A stretch of 64,000 nt of DNA from Gammaproteobacteria bacterium (lineage in GTDB: Bacteria > Pseudomonadota > Gammaproteobacteria > GCA-001735895). The stretch spans positions 42,662-106,661 of the forward strand of contig JALSKD010000179.1 of assembly GCA_026989015.1 (NCBI GenBank), read 5' to 3'. The stretch's first letter is position 1; each line of letters starts with the position of its first letter. The translations under genes and the position numbers were made by a program. Positions 41,546 to 51,829 of the stretch are shown here, piece by piece. The notes beneath the pieces are model-generated. The model did no database searches and was not told where the DNA came from. It saw only the letters and a program-made list of their open reading frames with translations.

Positions 41546-42285
41546 TTGTCCTGCGTGAACAGATCGAGACCGCACTGAAGGTTCTCGATATAGTCGATGA
41601 ACTCGCCGATGGCCGCGCCTTCCAGGGCGCGGCCATGCTGCGGCACGATCATCGAGATGTCCAGTTCCCGCACCATGTTCGCCCAGAAACGGCAGGCCTT
41701 GTTGCCGTTCATGTAACGCTTGTGGAAACCGTCCATCACCGGAAGGATCTCCTCGAGACGGGTGACCGGCTTGTCGAGGTCCGCCGCAGGGCACAGATTG
41801 GCTCCCAGATCACCCGAAAACAGGATCCGGCTGACCGGATCGTAGAACTGGAAATTGCCCTCGGCATGGAGGAAATGGGCCGGCAAGGCCTTCAGTCTGA
41901 TGCTCCCCAGCTCCAGGTTCATGCCCTCGTCGGGCATGGCGATGACCCGCCCGGCAATCTTGCCAGGCCGAGTGAAATGCGGAATGAAGCGTTCCCAGAG
42001 CGCGGGCACGACGATCCGCGCATCGGTGCCCACCAACCAGCGGTTGAGCGAAGCCACGATGTCCGGATCCTGATGCGAGGCAATGATGTAATCGAGCTTC
42101 GAGGCATTGGTGTATTCGCTGATCGCCATGAACAGCCGGTTGTAGGTCAGCTCCCCTCCGGGGTCGATCAACGCCGCATGATCGTTGTCGAACACCAGGA
42201 ACTGGTTGGCCTGCACGGCCTCGTCACCGGTCACCAGGTCGCGAAAGACCAGACAGATGTGACCACCTCGGTTGTAGAGCTCCAT
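41530..42285 (-). CDS. MBL-fold oxygen-binding di-iron protein (ODP)-like
   Basis: LIDPGG, SHQDPD, AHFLH..GN, FSGD, FHKRYM, PQHG. Confidence 0.82.
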   Translation of the reverse strand: MELYNRGGHICLVFRDLVTGDEAVQANQFLVFDNDHAALIDPGGELTYNRLFMAISEYTNASKLDYIIASHQDPDIVASLNRWLVGTDARIVVPALWERFIPHFTRPGKIAGRVIAMPDEGMNLELGSIRLKALPAHFLHAEGNFQFYDPVSRILFSGDLGANLCPAADLDKPVTRLEEILPVMDGFHKRYMNGNKACRFWANMVRELDISMIVPQHGRALEGAAIGEFIDYIENLQCGLDLFTQDNYRIP

Positions 42286-42444
42286 CGAAAAACCTCACGA
42301 ATGGCGATGAATATAAGTCTAGACCACGGGAAGAGAAAAGCATTCCTTGTTGCAAGAATCTCATGACCTGAGTCAGTCGTTGCCCCTCTGACGCCAACGG
42401 CCACAGCAAACCGGGTATAATCGGTCACCCGAGGAGGAGAACCC

Positions 42445-42891
42445 ATGCACCCAAACCGATTGATCCTGTCCGTGGTCGTGGCCGGCCTGTTGCTTTCCGC
42501 CTGCAGTGAGCGTTCGCTGGAAACCGTCCGCAAGGTCACCTATCCACCGGACTTCAACTATGTGTCGAAACAGAAGCTCCAGGGCACCATGGACCAGTTC
42601 GCCTGGTACACCCAGCTGCTGCAGAAGAACCTGGACACGGTCGAAGTCACGCCGCAGCAACGCTTGCAGAGTGTGCAGATTCTCAAAAAGATGGAAGATC
42701 TGGCCTGGAAACTGGGTTCCCAGTCACTGAGTTCGAATCACCGGCAGGTGACCGCGAACATCGACGCCTTTCGGCGTGACATCATGGAGGCGCGCACTGC
42801 CCTGATGCAGGAACCGCCCGACTACAACAAGGCCCGCGTGGTGCCCGGCTACTGTCTGCGCTGCCATGCGCTGGGACGTGAACGGGGCTGA
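42445..42891 (+). CDS. Lipoprotein c-type cytochrome (helical, single C-terminal CxxCH)
   Basis: Lipobox LSAC, CLRCH near the C-terminus, GAGGAG RBS. Confidence 0.8.
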   Translation: MHPNRLILSVVVAGLLLSACSERSLETVRKVTYPPDFNYVSKQKLQGTMDQFAWYTQLLQKNLDTVEVTPQQRLQSVQILKKMEDLAWKLGSQSLSSNHRQVTANIDAFRRDIMEARTALMQEPPDYNKARVVPGYCLRCHALGRERG

Positions 42892-42974
42892 CCCGAGCAC
42901 GCTGTTCCGAAGGCAGGCCCGTCAGCGCTCGTCCCTGAGCGCCTGGGGTCGGCAAGTAAGAGAAGCAATCCCCT

Positions 42975-44162
42975 TCAGTCCGCCTGACGACGCAGGAAGG
43001 CGGGGATCTCCAGATAATCTAGACTCTCCTTGTCGGTGGGAATCTCCACCGTATCTCCGGATACGCGCTGCCCCTGCTGCCGGATGTAGGTCGGGGTATC
43101 CAGGTCGCCGTAACTGCCGGGCATCACCGGCTTTTCCTTTTGCGGAGGCACTTCCGCCACCTGCGGCTGCTGCTCTTCGGCGACGGGCTGCTTCGGCAAT
43201 TTGTCGCGTCCCAGACCGGTAGCCACCAGGGTGACCCGCAACTCGCCTTCCGGCATGTCGCTGTCGATGACGGTGCCGACGATGACATTGGCGTCCTCCG
43301 AAGCCTTTTCGGTGATCGCGTTACCGACCTCGGTGAACTCACCGATGGACAGATCCATGCCCGCGGTGACATTGACCAGGATGCCCTGGGCGCCGGCGAT
43401 GTTGATGTCCTCGAGCAGTGGTGATGAAATCGCCTTTTCGGCAGCCTCACGCGCACGATGCTCGCCGGTGGCGCTGCCCGAACCCATCATCGACATGCCC
43501 ATCTCGGACATCACCGAACGCACATCGGCGAAATCCACATTGATCAGCCCCGGACGGGTGATCAGTTCGGCGATGCCCTGCACCGCGCCGCGCAGCACAT
43601 CGTCGGCGCTCTTCAGCACCGAAACGAAGGAGGCCTGCGGTCCCATCACTTCGAGCAGCTTGTCATTGGGAATGGTGATCAGCGAGTCCACCGACTGCGA
43701 CAGTTCATCGATTCCCTGCATCGCCTGCTTCATGCGCTTCTGACGCTCCAGCGTGAACGGCTTGGTGACCACCGCCACGGTGAGGATACCCATCTCCCTG
43801 GCGATCTGAGCAACCACCGGGGCCGCTCCGGTACCGGTACCACCGCCCATGCCCGCTGTGATGAACAGCATGTCGCTGCCCTCGATCGATTCCTGAATGC
43901 GTTCGCGATCCTCCATCGCCGCCTGGCGGCCCACGCCCGGATCCGCGCCCGCGCCCAGACCCTTGGTGATGCTGCTGCCGATCTGGATGGTGGTCTTGGC
44001 ATCCATTTTTTTCAGCGCCTGGATATCGGTATTCACGCACATGAATTCAACGCCCTCGATGCCCGACTGCACCATGTGCTGCACGGCATTGCCGCCGCCG
44101 CCGCCGATACCCATCACCTTGATCACCGCATTCTGTGAAAATGCATCCATCAGTTCAAACAT
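42975..44162 (-). CDS. ftsZ: Cell division protein FtsZ
   Basis: GGGGGNA, GMGGGTGTG, INVDFAD, IPAFLRRQAD. Confidence 0.98.
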   Translation of the reverse strand: MFELMDAFSQNAVIKVMGIGGGGGNAVQHMVQSGIEGVEFMCVNTDIQALKKMDAKTTIQIGSSITKGLGAGADPGVGRQAAMEDRERIQESIEGSDMLFITAGMGGGTGTGAAPVVAQIAREMGILTVAVVTKPFTLERQKRMKQAMQGIDELSQSVDSLITIPNDKLLEVMGPQASFVSVLKSADDVLRGAVQGIAELITRPGLINVDFADVRSVMSEMGMSMMGSGSATGEHRAREAAEKAISSPLLEDINIAGAQGILVNVTAGMDLSIGEFTEVGNAITEKASEDANVIVGTVIDSDMPEGELRVTLVATGLGRDKLPKQPVAEEQQPQVAEVPPQKEKPVMPGSYGDLDTPTYIRQQGQRVSGDTVEIPTDKESLDYLEIPAFLRRQAD

Positions 44163-44183
44163 TGTGTGTCTCCTCTTACTTGA

Positions 44184-45419
44184 TTAAAAATTGCCCTGGA
44201 ACCAGCTTTTCATCCTCTTCCAGAGGCTGTCTCCAGAGTTTTCATCCAGCTCGTGGCTGGTGAAACCGCTGCGTTGCTTGTTGCCGAACAGCAACAGGCC
44301 GACGCCGGTGGCGTGAATCGGATTGCGTATCACATCCACCAGTCCGTTCACATGCTGGGGCACGCCCAGGCGCACCGGCATGTGGAAAATTTCTTCGGCG
44401 AGTTCGATCACGCCTTCCATCTTCGAGCTGCCGCCGGTGAGCACGATGCCCGCCGCGCAGATCTCCTCGAAGCCCGAGCGCCGCAACTCCGCCTGCACCA
44501 GGCTCAGCAGTTCCTCGTAGCGCGGCTCGACCACCTCGGCCAGGGTCTGCCGGGCCAGGCGGCGCGGCTCGCGGTCGCCGACGCTCGGCACCTCGATGGT
44601 CTCATCGGGAGAAGCCAGCTGGCGCAAGGCGCAGGCGTACTTGATCTTGAGGTCATTGGCGTACTGGGTCGGCGTGCGCAGAGCCACGGCGATGTCGTTG
44701 GTGACCTGGTCACCGGCAATCGGGATCACCGCGGTATGGCGAATGGCGCCGTCGACGAACACCGCGATATCGGTGGTGCCGCCGCCGATATCCACCAGAC
44801 AGACACCCAGTTCCTTTTCGTCATCGGTAAGCACCGCTGCGCTGGAGGCCAGTTGTTCGAGGATGATGTCGTCCACTTCGAGCCCGCAGCGGCGCACGCA
44901 CTTGACGATGTTCTGAGCCGCGCTGACCGCACCGGTGACCAGATGGACGCGCGCTTCCAGCCGCACGCCGGACATGCTGATCGGATCCCGGATTCCTTCC
45001 TGGTTGTCGATCAGAAACTCCTGCGGCAACACATGCAGGATCTTCTGATCGGCCGGGATGGCCACCGCGCGCGCCGCGTCGATGACCCGCGCCACATCGG
45101 CCGAGTTCACTTCCTTGTCCTTGATCGCCACCACGCCATTGGAATTGATGCTGCGCACATGGCTGCCGGCGATGCCGGCATAGACCGACTTGATCTGGCA
45201 ACCCGCCATCAGTTCGGCCTCTTCCACCGCACGCTGGATCGATTGCACGGTCGATTCGATGTTGACCACGACCCCTTTTTTCAGCCCGCGTGACTGCTGG
45301 GTGCCGATGCCGATGATCTCGATCTCGCCATCCGGCATCACCTCGCCAACGATGGCGACCACCTTGGAGGTACCGATATCCAATCCGACAATCAGGTTGT
45401 TGTCTGCCTTTTTAGACAT
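44184..45419 (-). CDS. ftsA: Cell division protein FtsA
   Basis: GLDIGTSKV, VDIGGGTTD, C-terminal amphipathic helix. Confidence 0.97.
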   Translation of the reverse strand: MSKKADNNLIVGLDIGTSKVVAIVGEVMPDGEIEIIGIGTQQSRGLKKGVVVNIESTVQSIQRAVEEAELMAGCQIKSVYAGIAGSHVRSINSNGVVAIKDKEVNSADVARVIDAARAVAIPADQKILHVLPQEFLIDNQEGIRDPISMSGVRLEARVHLVTGAVSAAQNIVKCVRRCGLEVDDIILEQLASSAAVLTDDEKELGVCLVDIGGGTTDIAVFVDGAIRHTAVIPIAGDQVTNDIAVALRTPTQYANDLKIKYACALRQLASPDETIEVPSVGDREPRRLARQTLAEVVEPRYEELLSLVQAELRRSGFEEICAAGIVLTGGSSKMEGVIELAEEIFHMPVRLGVPQHVNGLVDVIRNPIHATGVGLLLFGNKQRSGFTSHELDENSGDSLWKRMKSWFQGNF

Positions 45420-46263
45420 TCCGTTTATCTCTGCTGTTGTTGCTCTGTGTGCGCCCCTTGTTCGGGCGGTTTTCCTTCGGTTTCTTCCAGGCCACGGCAA
45501 AGCCGTTGCTGTAACGGAAATCGATGGCGCTGATCAGTTCCTGTTGCGGCTTGATGTATTTCGGCCAGACCGCGAGGAACTGCGCGATCCTGCTGTCCCG
45601 GTTGCGGCTTCCGATGCGCAGTTCCATGTCATTGTCGAGCCGCAGCCTGAGCGCGCCCTTGTCGTCTTCGACCCATTCGCGTATCTCCAGCCCCAGCGCC
45701 GTGAAACGGGGTTTCAGCCGCGCGTAGTGTTCCAGTACCTCACGGCTTTCCTCCGCATAGCCGTGCACCAGCGGCAGATCCATGAATTGCCGCGCATCGG
45801 CCGTGAACAGTTCGCCATTGCTGTCCAGCAACCGCCGGTCATCGAAGCGGGCAACCGGCTGGCGTTCGATCACCCTCAGTTGCAGGCCGTTCGGCCACAC
45901 CCGGCGGACACGGCTTTCGCGTACCCAGGGCAGATCATCGATACGCTGCTGCAGGCCCTTGATGTCCACGGTGAAGAACCCCTGCCCAAGGTAGGGATCC
46001 AGTCGCCGCTTCAGCTCCTGGCGATCCACATGTTCGAAACTGCCCTGCAGGCGGATGCGGTCGATGGGCAGCCATTGCTCCTTGGGCAGGTACCAGAGAG
46101 TGACGCCGATCATCACCGTCACCACAAGGGATGACACCAGCCAGCGAGGCGGCCGCCAGTCGAACAGCGGCTGCGCCGGCTGCTGGCGACGCGCCTGGGG
46201 ACCCTTCCGTCGCCGTGCCGGGGGCTTGCCGCCTTTTCCGCCGCTGCCGAGAAGCCACTTCAT
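45412..46263 (-). CDS. ftsQ: Cell division protein FtsQ
   Basis: TM, POTRA (LPWV..VRRVWP), DFRYSNGFAVAW. Confidence 0.92.
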   Translation of the reverse strand: MKWLLGSGGKGGKPPARRRKGPQARRQQPAQPLFDWRPPRWLVSSLVVTVMIGVTLWYLPKEQWLPIDRIRLQGSFEHVDRQELKRRLDPYLGQGFFTVDIKGLQQRIDDLPWVRESRVRRVWPNGLQLRVIERQPVARFDDRRLLDSNGELFTADARQFMDLPLVHGYAEESREVLEHYARLKPRFTALGLEIREWVEDDKGALRLRLDNDMELRIGSRNRDSRIAQFLAVWPKYIKPQQELISAIDFRYSNGFAVAWKKPKENRPNKGRTQSNNSRDKRNV

Positions 46264-47219
46264 GAGCGCACTCCCGCTGCATCGTCCAGCGTCAGTTCCA
46301 GCAGTTTCAGCACCAGCTGACGGAAATCGAGACCGGCCACACGCGCCGCCATCGGCACCAGACTGTGGTCGGTCATGCCCGGCACGGTGTTGACCTCGAT
46401 CAGCAGGAAACGGCCATCACTGTCGCGCATGAAATCCATGCGAGCCCAATGGCGCAGGTCACAGATCTCGGCGCAGCGCAGGGTCAGAGCCTGCAACGCA
46501 TCCTGTTCCCCTGCCGCCAACCCGCAAGGACAGTGATAGCGCGTGCTGTCGGCGGCGTACTTGGCCTCGTAGTCGTAGAAGTCATGCGGCGTCTCGACGC
46601 GGATCGCCGGCAGCGCCTGGCCGTCGATCCAGGCCACCGTGTATTCGGCGCCTTCGATCCAGCGCTCCAGCATCACGGTGCCGTAGCCGCTCGCCCGTTC
46701 GTAGGCGGCATTCATTTCCTGTTCGGCGCAGACCTTGCTCATGCCGATGCTGGAACCCTCGTGCACCGGCTTGACGATCAGCGGATAGCCCAGCTCCCGA
46801 CCCGCCTGAAGGGCGTCCTCCAGGCTGCGCGCCACGCGAAACTCCGGCGTATCCATGCCGGCACCCAAGGCCAGCCGTTTGGTCATCAGCTTGTCCATGG
46901 TGACTGCGGAGGCCTTGATGCCGTTGCCCACATAGGGCATGCCCGCGGCCTCGAGCAGCGCCTGGATGCGCCCGTCCTCCCCGCCACGACCGTGCAGAAT
47001 ATTGAAGGCACGGTCCGCCTTCAGCTCCAGAATCTGTTTCAGCGGGTTGGGGCCGATGTCCACCTTGAAAGCGTCCACCCCGGATTCCAGCAGGGCTTCG
47101 AGCACGAAACGCCCGGAGCTCAACGATACCTCCCGCTCGGTCGCGGTTCCGCCCATCAGCACCGCCACACGGCCACTGCGACGCGCCACATCCGGGCCAG
47201 GCATCAGACTCCGGCTCAT
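46260..47219 (-). CDS. ddl: D-alanine--D-alanine ligase
   Basis: GGTATEREVSLSSG, LHGRGGEDG, YDYEAKY, EVNTVPGMT. Confidence 0.96.
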   Translation of the reverse strand: MSRSLMPGPDVARRSGRVAVLMGGTATEREVSLSSGRFVLEALLESGVDAFKVDIGPNPLKQILELKADRAFNILHGRGGEDGRIQALLEAAGMPYVGNGIKASAVTMDKLMTKRLALGAGMDTPEFRVARSLEDALQAGRELGYPLIVKPVHEGSSIGMSKVCAEQEMNAAYERASGYGTVMLERWIEGAEYTVAWIDGQALPAIRVETPHDFYDYEAKYAADSTRYHCPCGLAAGEQDALQALTLRCAEICDLRHWARMDFMRDSDGRFLLIEVNTVPGMTDHSLVPMAARVAGLDFRQLVLKLLELTLDDAAGVRS

Positions 47220-48133
47220 GAGCGGCCTCCCGCATCGCCGATGATGCGCACTTCCGGCAGCAACTGGATGCCAAAGGCCTGGCGCACGCGGTCACGCACA
47301 TGCTGGATCAGATTTTCGATCTCCGAGGCGGTGGCGCCGCCGGTATTGATGATGAAGTTGGCGTGTTTCTCCGAAACACAGGCTCCGCCGATGCAGTGGC
47401 CCTTGAGGCCACAGGCCTCGATCAGCCGTGCCGCATGGTCGCCGGGCGGGTTGCGGAACACCGAGCCACAGGAGGGCTGACCTATCGGCTGGGTACGGTT
47501 GCGCCGGTCCAACAGGGGCTTGATCTCGGCACTGGTGTCCGCGCGGGGCGGCAGCATGAATTCGCCGGACAGGAACCACTCGTCGGCGGCGGGATGCTTC
47601 ACCTCACGGTAGCCGATGCGGTATTCGTCAGGCGTTCTGCGGAGGATCCGACCGCTGCGGTCGATCACTTCCACCGCGCTGACATGGGTCCAGGTCTCTC
47701 CACCGAAGGCCCCGGCGTTCATCGCCAGCGCACCGCCGACGGTGCCCGGAATGCCCGCCAGGAAATCGAGCCCTTCAAGGCCGGCGCGAGCGGTCTCCCG
47801 TGACAGACGGGCACAGCTGACGCCGGCCTCGGCCTGCACCCGTCCCGCTTCGATGTGCAGTGCGCGCACCCCCTTGAGCGGCGCGATGGCGACCCCGCGC
47901 AGGCCGCCGTCGCGCACCAGCAGGTTGCTGCCGAGGCCGATCCAGGTGATCGGCAAGCGGCGGTCGAGCCGGCGCAGGAAATCCTGCAGATCGGCGCGGT
48001 CGGCGGGTTCGAAATACCAGTCCGCCGTGCCGCCGGCACGCCAGCTGCAATGGGAAGCCATCGGCTCGTCACGCACCAGCCGGCCGCGCACCGCGGGCAG
48101 TTCGTTGTTCCGCATGTGCCGGGCGGCGTTCAT
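47216..48133 (-). CDS. murB: UDP-N-acetylenolpyruvoylglucosamine reductase
   Basis: [37 protein letters not shown]. Confidence 0.96.
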   Translation of the reverse strand: MNAARHMRNNELPAVRGRLVRDEPMASHCSWRAGGTADWYFEPADRADLQDFLRRLDRRLPITWIGLGSNLLVRDGGLRGVAIAPLKGVRALHIEAGRVQAEAGVSCARLSRETARAGLEGLDFLAGIPGTVGGALAMNAGAFGGETWTHVSAVEVIDRSGRILRRTPDEYRIGYREVKHPAADEWFLSGEFMLPPRADTSAEIKPLLDRRNRTQPIGQPSCGSVFRNPPGDHAARLIEACGLKGHCIGGACVSEKHANFIINTGGATASEIENLIQHVRDRVRQAFGIQLLPEVRIIGDAGGRS

Positions 48134-49542
48134 TCGGATCCTCCTTCGGCCACCAGGCCGGCTGCAAAACCGCCAATGCTGCCAGCGCCCAGGGTCAGCA
48201 GGATGTCGCCCTCCTGCAGCGTGCTGGCCAGCAGTTCGGGAAGCTGGCCGAGCTCCTCGACGAATACCGGATCGACCCGGCCGCGGTTGCGGATGGCCCG
48301 CGCCAGGGCACGGCCATCGGCTCCGGCAACGGGTTTCTCGCCGGCCGGATAGACTTCCAGCAGCAACAGGCGGTCAACATCGGACAGCACCTGGGTAAAG
48401 TCCTCGAACAGATCCCGCGTCCGGCTGTAACGGTGGGGCTGAAAGGCCACCACCAGCCTCTGCCCCGGCCAGGCGGCGCGGATGGCTTCCAGCGTCGCGC
48501 GAATCTCGTTGGGGTGATGCCCGTAGTCGTCGATCAGGCGAACGCGCATGCCGGCGATACGCAGATCCTCGGTGATCTGGAAGCGGCGTCCGATGCCGGC
48601 AAAGGTGGACAGCGCCGACTGCATGGCGGAGGCATCGACTTCCAGCTCCCAGGCGACGGCCAGCGCGGCGCTGGCGTTGAGCACATTGTGACGGCCGGTC
48701 AGGTTGAGGTCGAAATCCCGCTCGCGCCGGTCGGGGAAACGCACCCGGAAGCGGCTGCGCTCGCCGGCCGCGCGGATGGCGCTGATCCGTACATCGGCAT
48801 CCTCGGCCTCGCCATAGGTCAGCACCGGCCGTGAGATCAGCGGCAGTATTTCGCGCACCACCGGGTCGTCGATGCACAGCACCGCCAGCCCGTAGAAGGG
48901 CAGATGATGCAGGAACTCGACGAAGGTCTGCTTGAGGCGTTCGAAATCACCCTCGTACGTGGACAGGTGATCCTGATCGATATTGGTGACGATGGCGATG
49001 ACCGGTTGCAGGTAGAGGAAAGAGGCATCGCTCTCGTCGGCCTCCGCCACCAGGTATTCGCTGTCGCCCAGCTTGGCGTGCCGCCCGGAGCTGTTGAGCT
49101 TGCCGCCGATGACATAGGTCGGGTCCAGCCCGCCTTCGGCCAGTACCGAGGTGACCAGACTGGTGGTGGTGGTCTTGCCGTGGGTACCGGCCACCGCAAT
49201 GCCCTGGCGGAAACGCATCAGCTCGGCCAGCATCTCGGCACGGCGCACCACCGGAATGCGCTGCGCACGGGCGGCGACGATTTCCGGATTGGTCTCGTCG
49301 ATGGCGGTGGACACCACCACCACATGGGCATCGCCGATGTGCTCCTCGGCGTGGCCGATCTTCACTTCGATGCCGATGCCGCGCAGGTGCTGCACCATCG
49401 CCGATTCATTGATGTCCGATCCATGCACCCGGTAGCCGAGATTGTGGAACACCTCTGCGATGCCGCTCATGCCGGCGCCGCCGATGCCAACGAAATGGAT
49501 GTTGCGGATGCGCCGCATCAGTTGTCTTGGGCTGCGGGTCAT
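48130..49542 (-). CDS. murC: UDP-N-acetylmuramate--L-alanine ligase
   Basis: [30 protein letters not shown]. Confidence 0.97.
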   Translation of the reverse strand: MTRSPRQLMRRIRNIHFVGIGGAGMSGIAEVFHNLGYRVHGSDINESAMVQHLRGIGIEVKIGHAEEHIGDAHVVVVSTAIDETNPEIVAARAQRIPVVRRAEMLAELMRFRQGIAVAGTHGKTTTTSLVTSVLAEGGLDPTYVIGGKLNSSGRHAKLGDSEYLVAEADESDASFLYLQPVIAIVTNIDQDHLSTYEGDFERLKQTFVEFLHHLPFYGLAVLCIDDPVVREILPLISRPVLTYGEAEDADVRISAIRAAGERSRFRVRFPDRRERDFDLNLTGRHNVLNASAALAVAWELEVDASAMQSALSTFAGIGRRFQITEDLRIAGMRVRLIDDYGHHPNEIRATLEAIRAAWPGQRLVVAFQPHRYSRTRDLFEDFTQVLSDVDRLLLLEVYPAGEKPVAGADGRALARAIRNRGRVDPVFVEELGQLPELLASTLQEGDILLTLGAGSIGGFAAGLVAEGGSE

Positions 49543-50618
49543 GCCTGTGCCTCCTCGATCAGAGCCTGAGCCACCCGCCGGTCGGCATCGATGATCGCGC
49601 AGGCACGCGCCTTGCCCGCGCGGATCTTCAGGCTTTCACGATCACCGTGATGCTGCAGGTATTCGGCCAGCCACTGTGGCGTCAGCGCCGCATCGCGGCA
49701 AACCTCGGCCGCGCCGGCCTCGGCCAGGAAACGGGCGTTGTGGAACTGGTGATCGTCCACCGCATGGGGGTAGGGCACCAGCAGGGAGGCCACGCCCGCG
49801 GCGGCGATTTCTGAGACCGTCAGCGCCCCGGAACGGCAGATCACCAAGTCGGCCCAGGCATAGGCGGCCGCCATGTCATCGATGAACGGCAGGATCTCCG
49901 CCTCGACACCGTGGCGCGCATAGTCTTCCCGGCACTCGGCTTCCAGCCGTGGGCCGCATTGATGACGCAGCTGAGGGCGCCGCTCCGCATCGATCAGGGC
50001 CAACGCCGCCGGCAGTACCTGGTTGAGCCGACGGGCGCCCAGGCTGCCGCCGACCACCAGCACCCGCAGCGGCGCGTCACCCCGGGCGGAATAGCGGGTT
50101 TCCGGATCGGGCAGCGCGGCGATCGCCGCGCGCACCGGATTGCCGACCACTTCGGCGCTTGGCCAGGTCGCGCGGGCCTGGGGAAAGGCACAGAAGACGC
50201 GCCGTGCAAGGCGCGCCAGCAGGCGGTTGGTCAACCCTGGAATCGCATTCTGCTCATGGATCACCAGCGGGATGCGCAGCACCCGCGCCATCAGCCCGCC
50301 GGGCCCGGAGGCAAAACCGCCCATGCCCAGCACCGCCACCGGGCGCCGCCGGCGCAGGATCATCAGCGCCTGGCCGCAGGCGCGCAGCAGGCGCAGCGGC
50401 GCCAGCAGCAGGGTCAGGCGGCCCTTGCCGCGCAGACCCTGAACACTGAGCCAGTCGATGCCGATGCCGGCATCCGGCACCACCCGGGCCTCGATACCGT
50501 TGCGGGTACCCATCCAGCGCACCTCGTGGCCCATGCCGCGCAATCGCTCGGCCACCGCCAGCGCCGGAAAGACATGGCCGCCGGTGCCGCCCGCCATGAT
50601 CAGGATCGGCCCGTTCAT
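49539..50618 (-). CDS. murG: Lipid II GlcNAc transferase
   Basis: [29 protein letters not shown]. Confidence 0.96.
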   Translation of the reverse strand: MNGPILIMAGGTGGHVFPALAVAERLRGMGHEVRWMGTRNGIEARVVPDAGIGIDWLSVQGLRGKGRLTLLLAPLRLLRACGQALMILRRRRPVAVLGMGGFASGPGGLMARVLRIPLVIHEQNAIPGLTNRLLARLARRVFCAFPQARATWPSAEVVGNPVRAAIAALPDPETRYSARGDAPLRVLVVGGSLGARRLNQVLPAALALIDAERRPQLRHQCGPRLEAECREDYARHGVEAEILPFIDDMAAAYAWADLVICRSGALTVSEIAAAGVASLLVPYPHAVDDHQFHNARFLAEAGAAEVCRDAALTPQWLAEYLQHHGDRESLKIRAGKARACAIIDADRRVAQALIEEAQA

Positions 50619-51829
50619 CGCCGCACCCCCTGTTGCTTGCGCCGCTTGCGGCGGACTGGTGCCTGTTCCGGCTGCTGGATCTCCCAGGCCACGCGCAGCA
50701 CCAGGCCGATGGCGAAGGACATCACCAGGATACTGTTGCCGCCATAGCTGATGAACGGCAGGGTCAATCCCTTGGTGGGCAAGGCACCCAGATTGACACT
50801 GATGTTGATCAGCGCCTGCAGCGTGATCAGCAACCCGACGCCGTAGACCAGGTAGGCACCGAAGGCCTGCCCGCGGGTCAGTGCCTCGCGGCCGATCTGG
50901 AAGCAACGCAGCAGGAACCACAGGTAGAGGGCAATCAGCGCGACCACCCCGACCAGCCCGAACTCCTCGGCATAGATGGCGAACAGGAAATCGGTATGCG
51001 CCTCGGGCAGATAGAAGAGTTTCTGGATGCTGCCCCCCAGACCGGCACCGAACCAGCCGCCACTGCCCACCGCAATCAGCGACTGGGTCAACTGGAAGCC
51101 GCTGTTGTAGGGGTCCGCCCAGGGATCGAGGAAAGAGGTGATGCGCGCCAGACGGTAGGGCGAGGCCAGAGCCATCACCACCATGATGATCAGCGTGCCC
51201 GCCAGGAACAGCATGAACTGACCGAAACGCACCCCACCCAGGAACATCATGCCCAGCCCGGTGGCCAGCAGGACCACGGCTGCGCCGAAATCCGGTTCCA
51301 TCAGCAGCAACGCACTGGCCACCGCCAGGATCACCATGGAATTGATGAACCCGCGTGCGCCGTTGCGAATCTCGTCACTGCGGCGGATCAGGTACCCCGA
51401 GAGGTAGATGATCAAAAACAGCTTGGCGATTTCGGAAACCTGCACCGTGAACAGCCCCAGATCCAGCCAGCGTGTGGCGCCATTGACGGTGCGTCCGACG
51501 CCCGGAATCAGTACCAGCACCAGCATCGCCAGCGCACACATCATCAGCATCATGCCGTTGCGGATCCAGAATTGAGTGGGGATGCGCAGCGCCAGCAATA
51601 CCAGCCCCATGCCGATCAGCATGCGCAGGAATTGCCGCTTGCCGTAATAGAAGGGATCGCCCAGTTGCGCGTCGGCGACACCGATCGATGCCGATACCAC
51701 CATCAGCAGTCCGATGCCCAGCAACAGGCCATAGATCAACAGGATCTGCAGATCGATGCCGGCCCAGGGCAGCAGCGGTTCCGCTTCGCGGCACTGCAGT
51801 TCATCCTGCCGTATCGCCTGACCGCTCAT
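50615..51829 (-). CDS. ftsW: Peptidoglycan polymerase FtsW
   Basis: NGATRW, EPDFG, YLPEAHTDF, PFISYGG. Confidence 0.96.
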   Translation of the reverse strand: MSGQAIRQDELQCREAEPLLPWAGIDLQILLIYGLLLGIGLLMVVSASIGVADAQLGDPFYYGKRQFLRMLIGMGLVLLALRIPTQFWIRNGMMLMMCALAMLVLVLIPGVGRTVNGATRWLDLGLFTVQVSEIAKLFLIIYLSGYLIRRSDEIRNGARGFINSMVILAVASALLLMEPDFGAAVVLLATGLGMMFLGGVRFGQFMLFLAGTLIIMVVMALASPYRLARITSFLDPWADPYNSGFQLTQSLIAVGSGGWFGAGLGGSIQKLFYLPEAHTDFLFAIYAEEFGLVGVVALIALYLWFLLRCFQIGREALTRGQAFGAYLVYGVGLLITLQALINISVNLGALPTKGLTLPFISYGGNSILVMSFAIGLVLRVAWEIQQPEQAPVRRKRRKQQGVRR

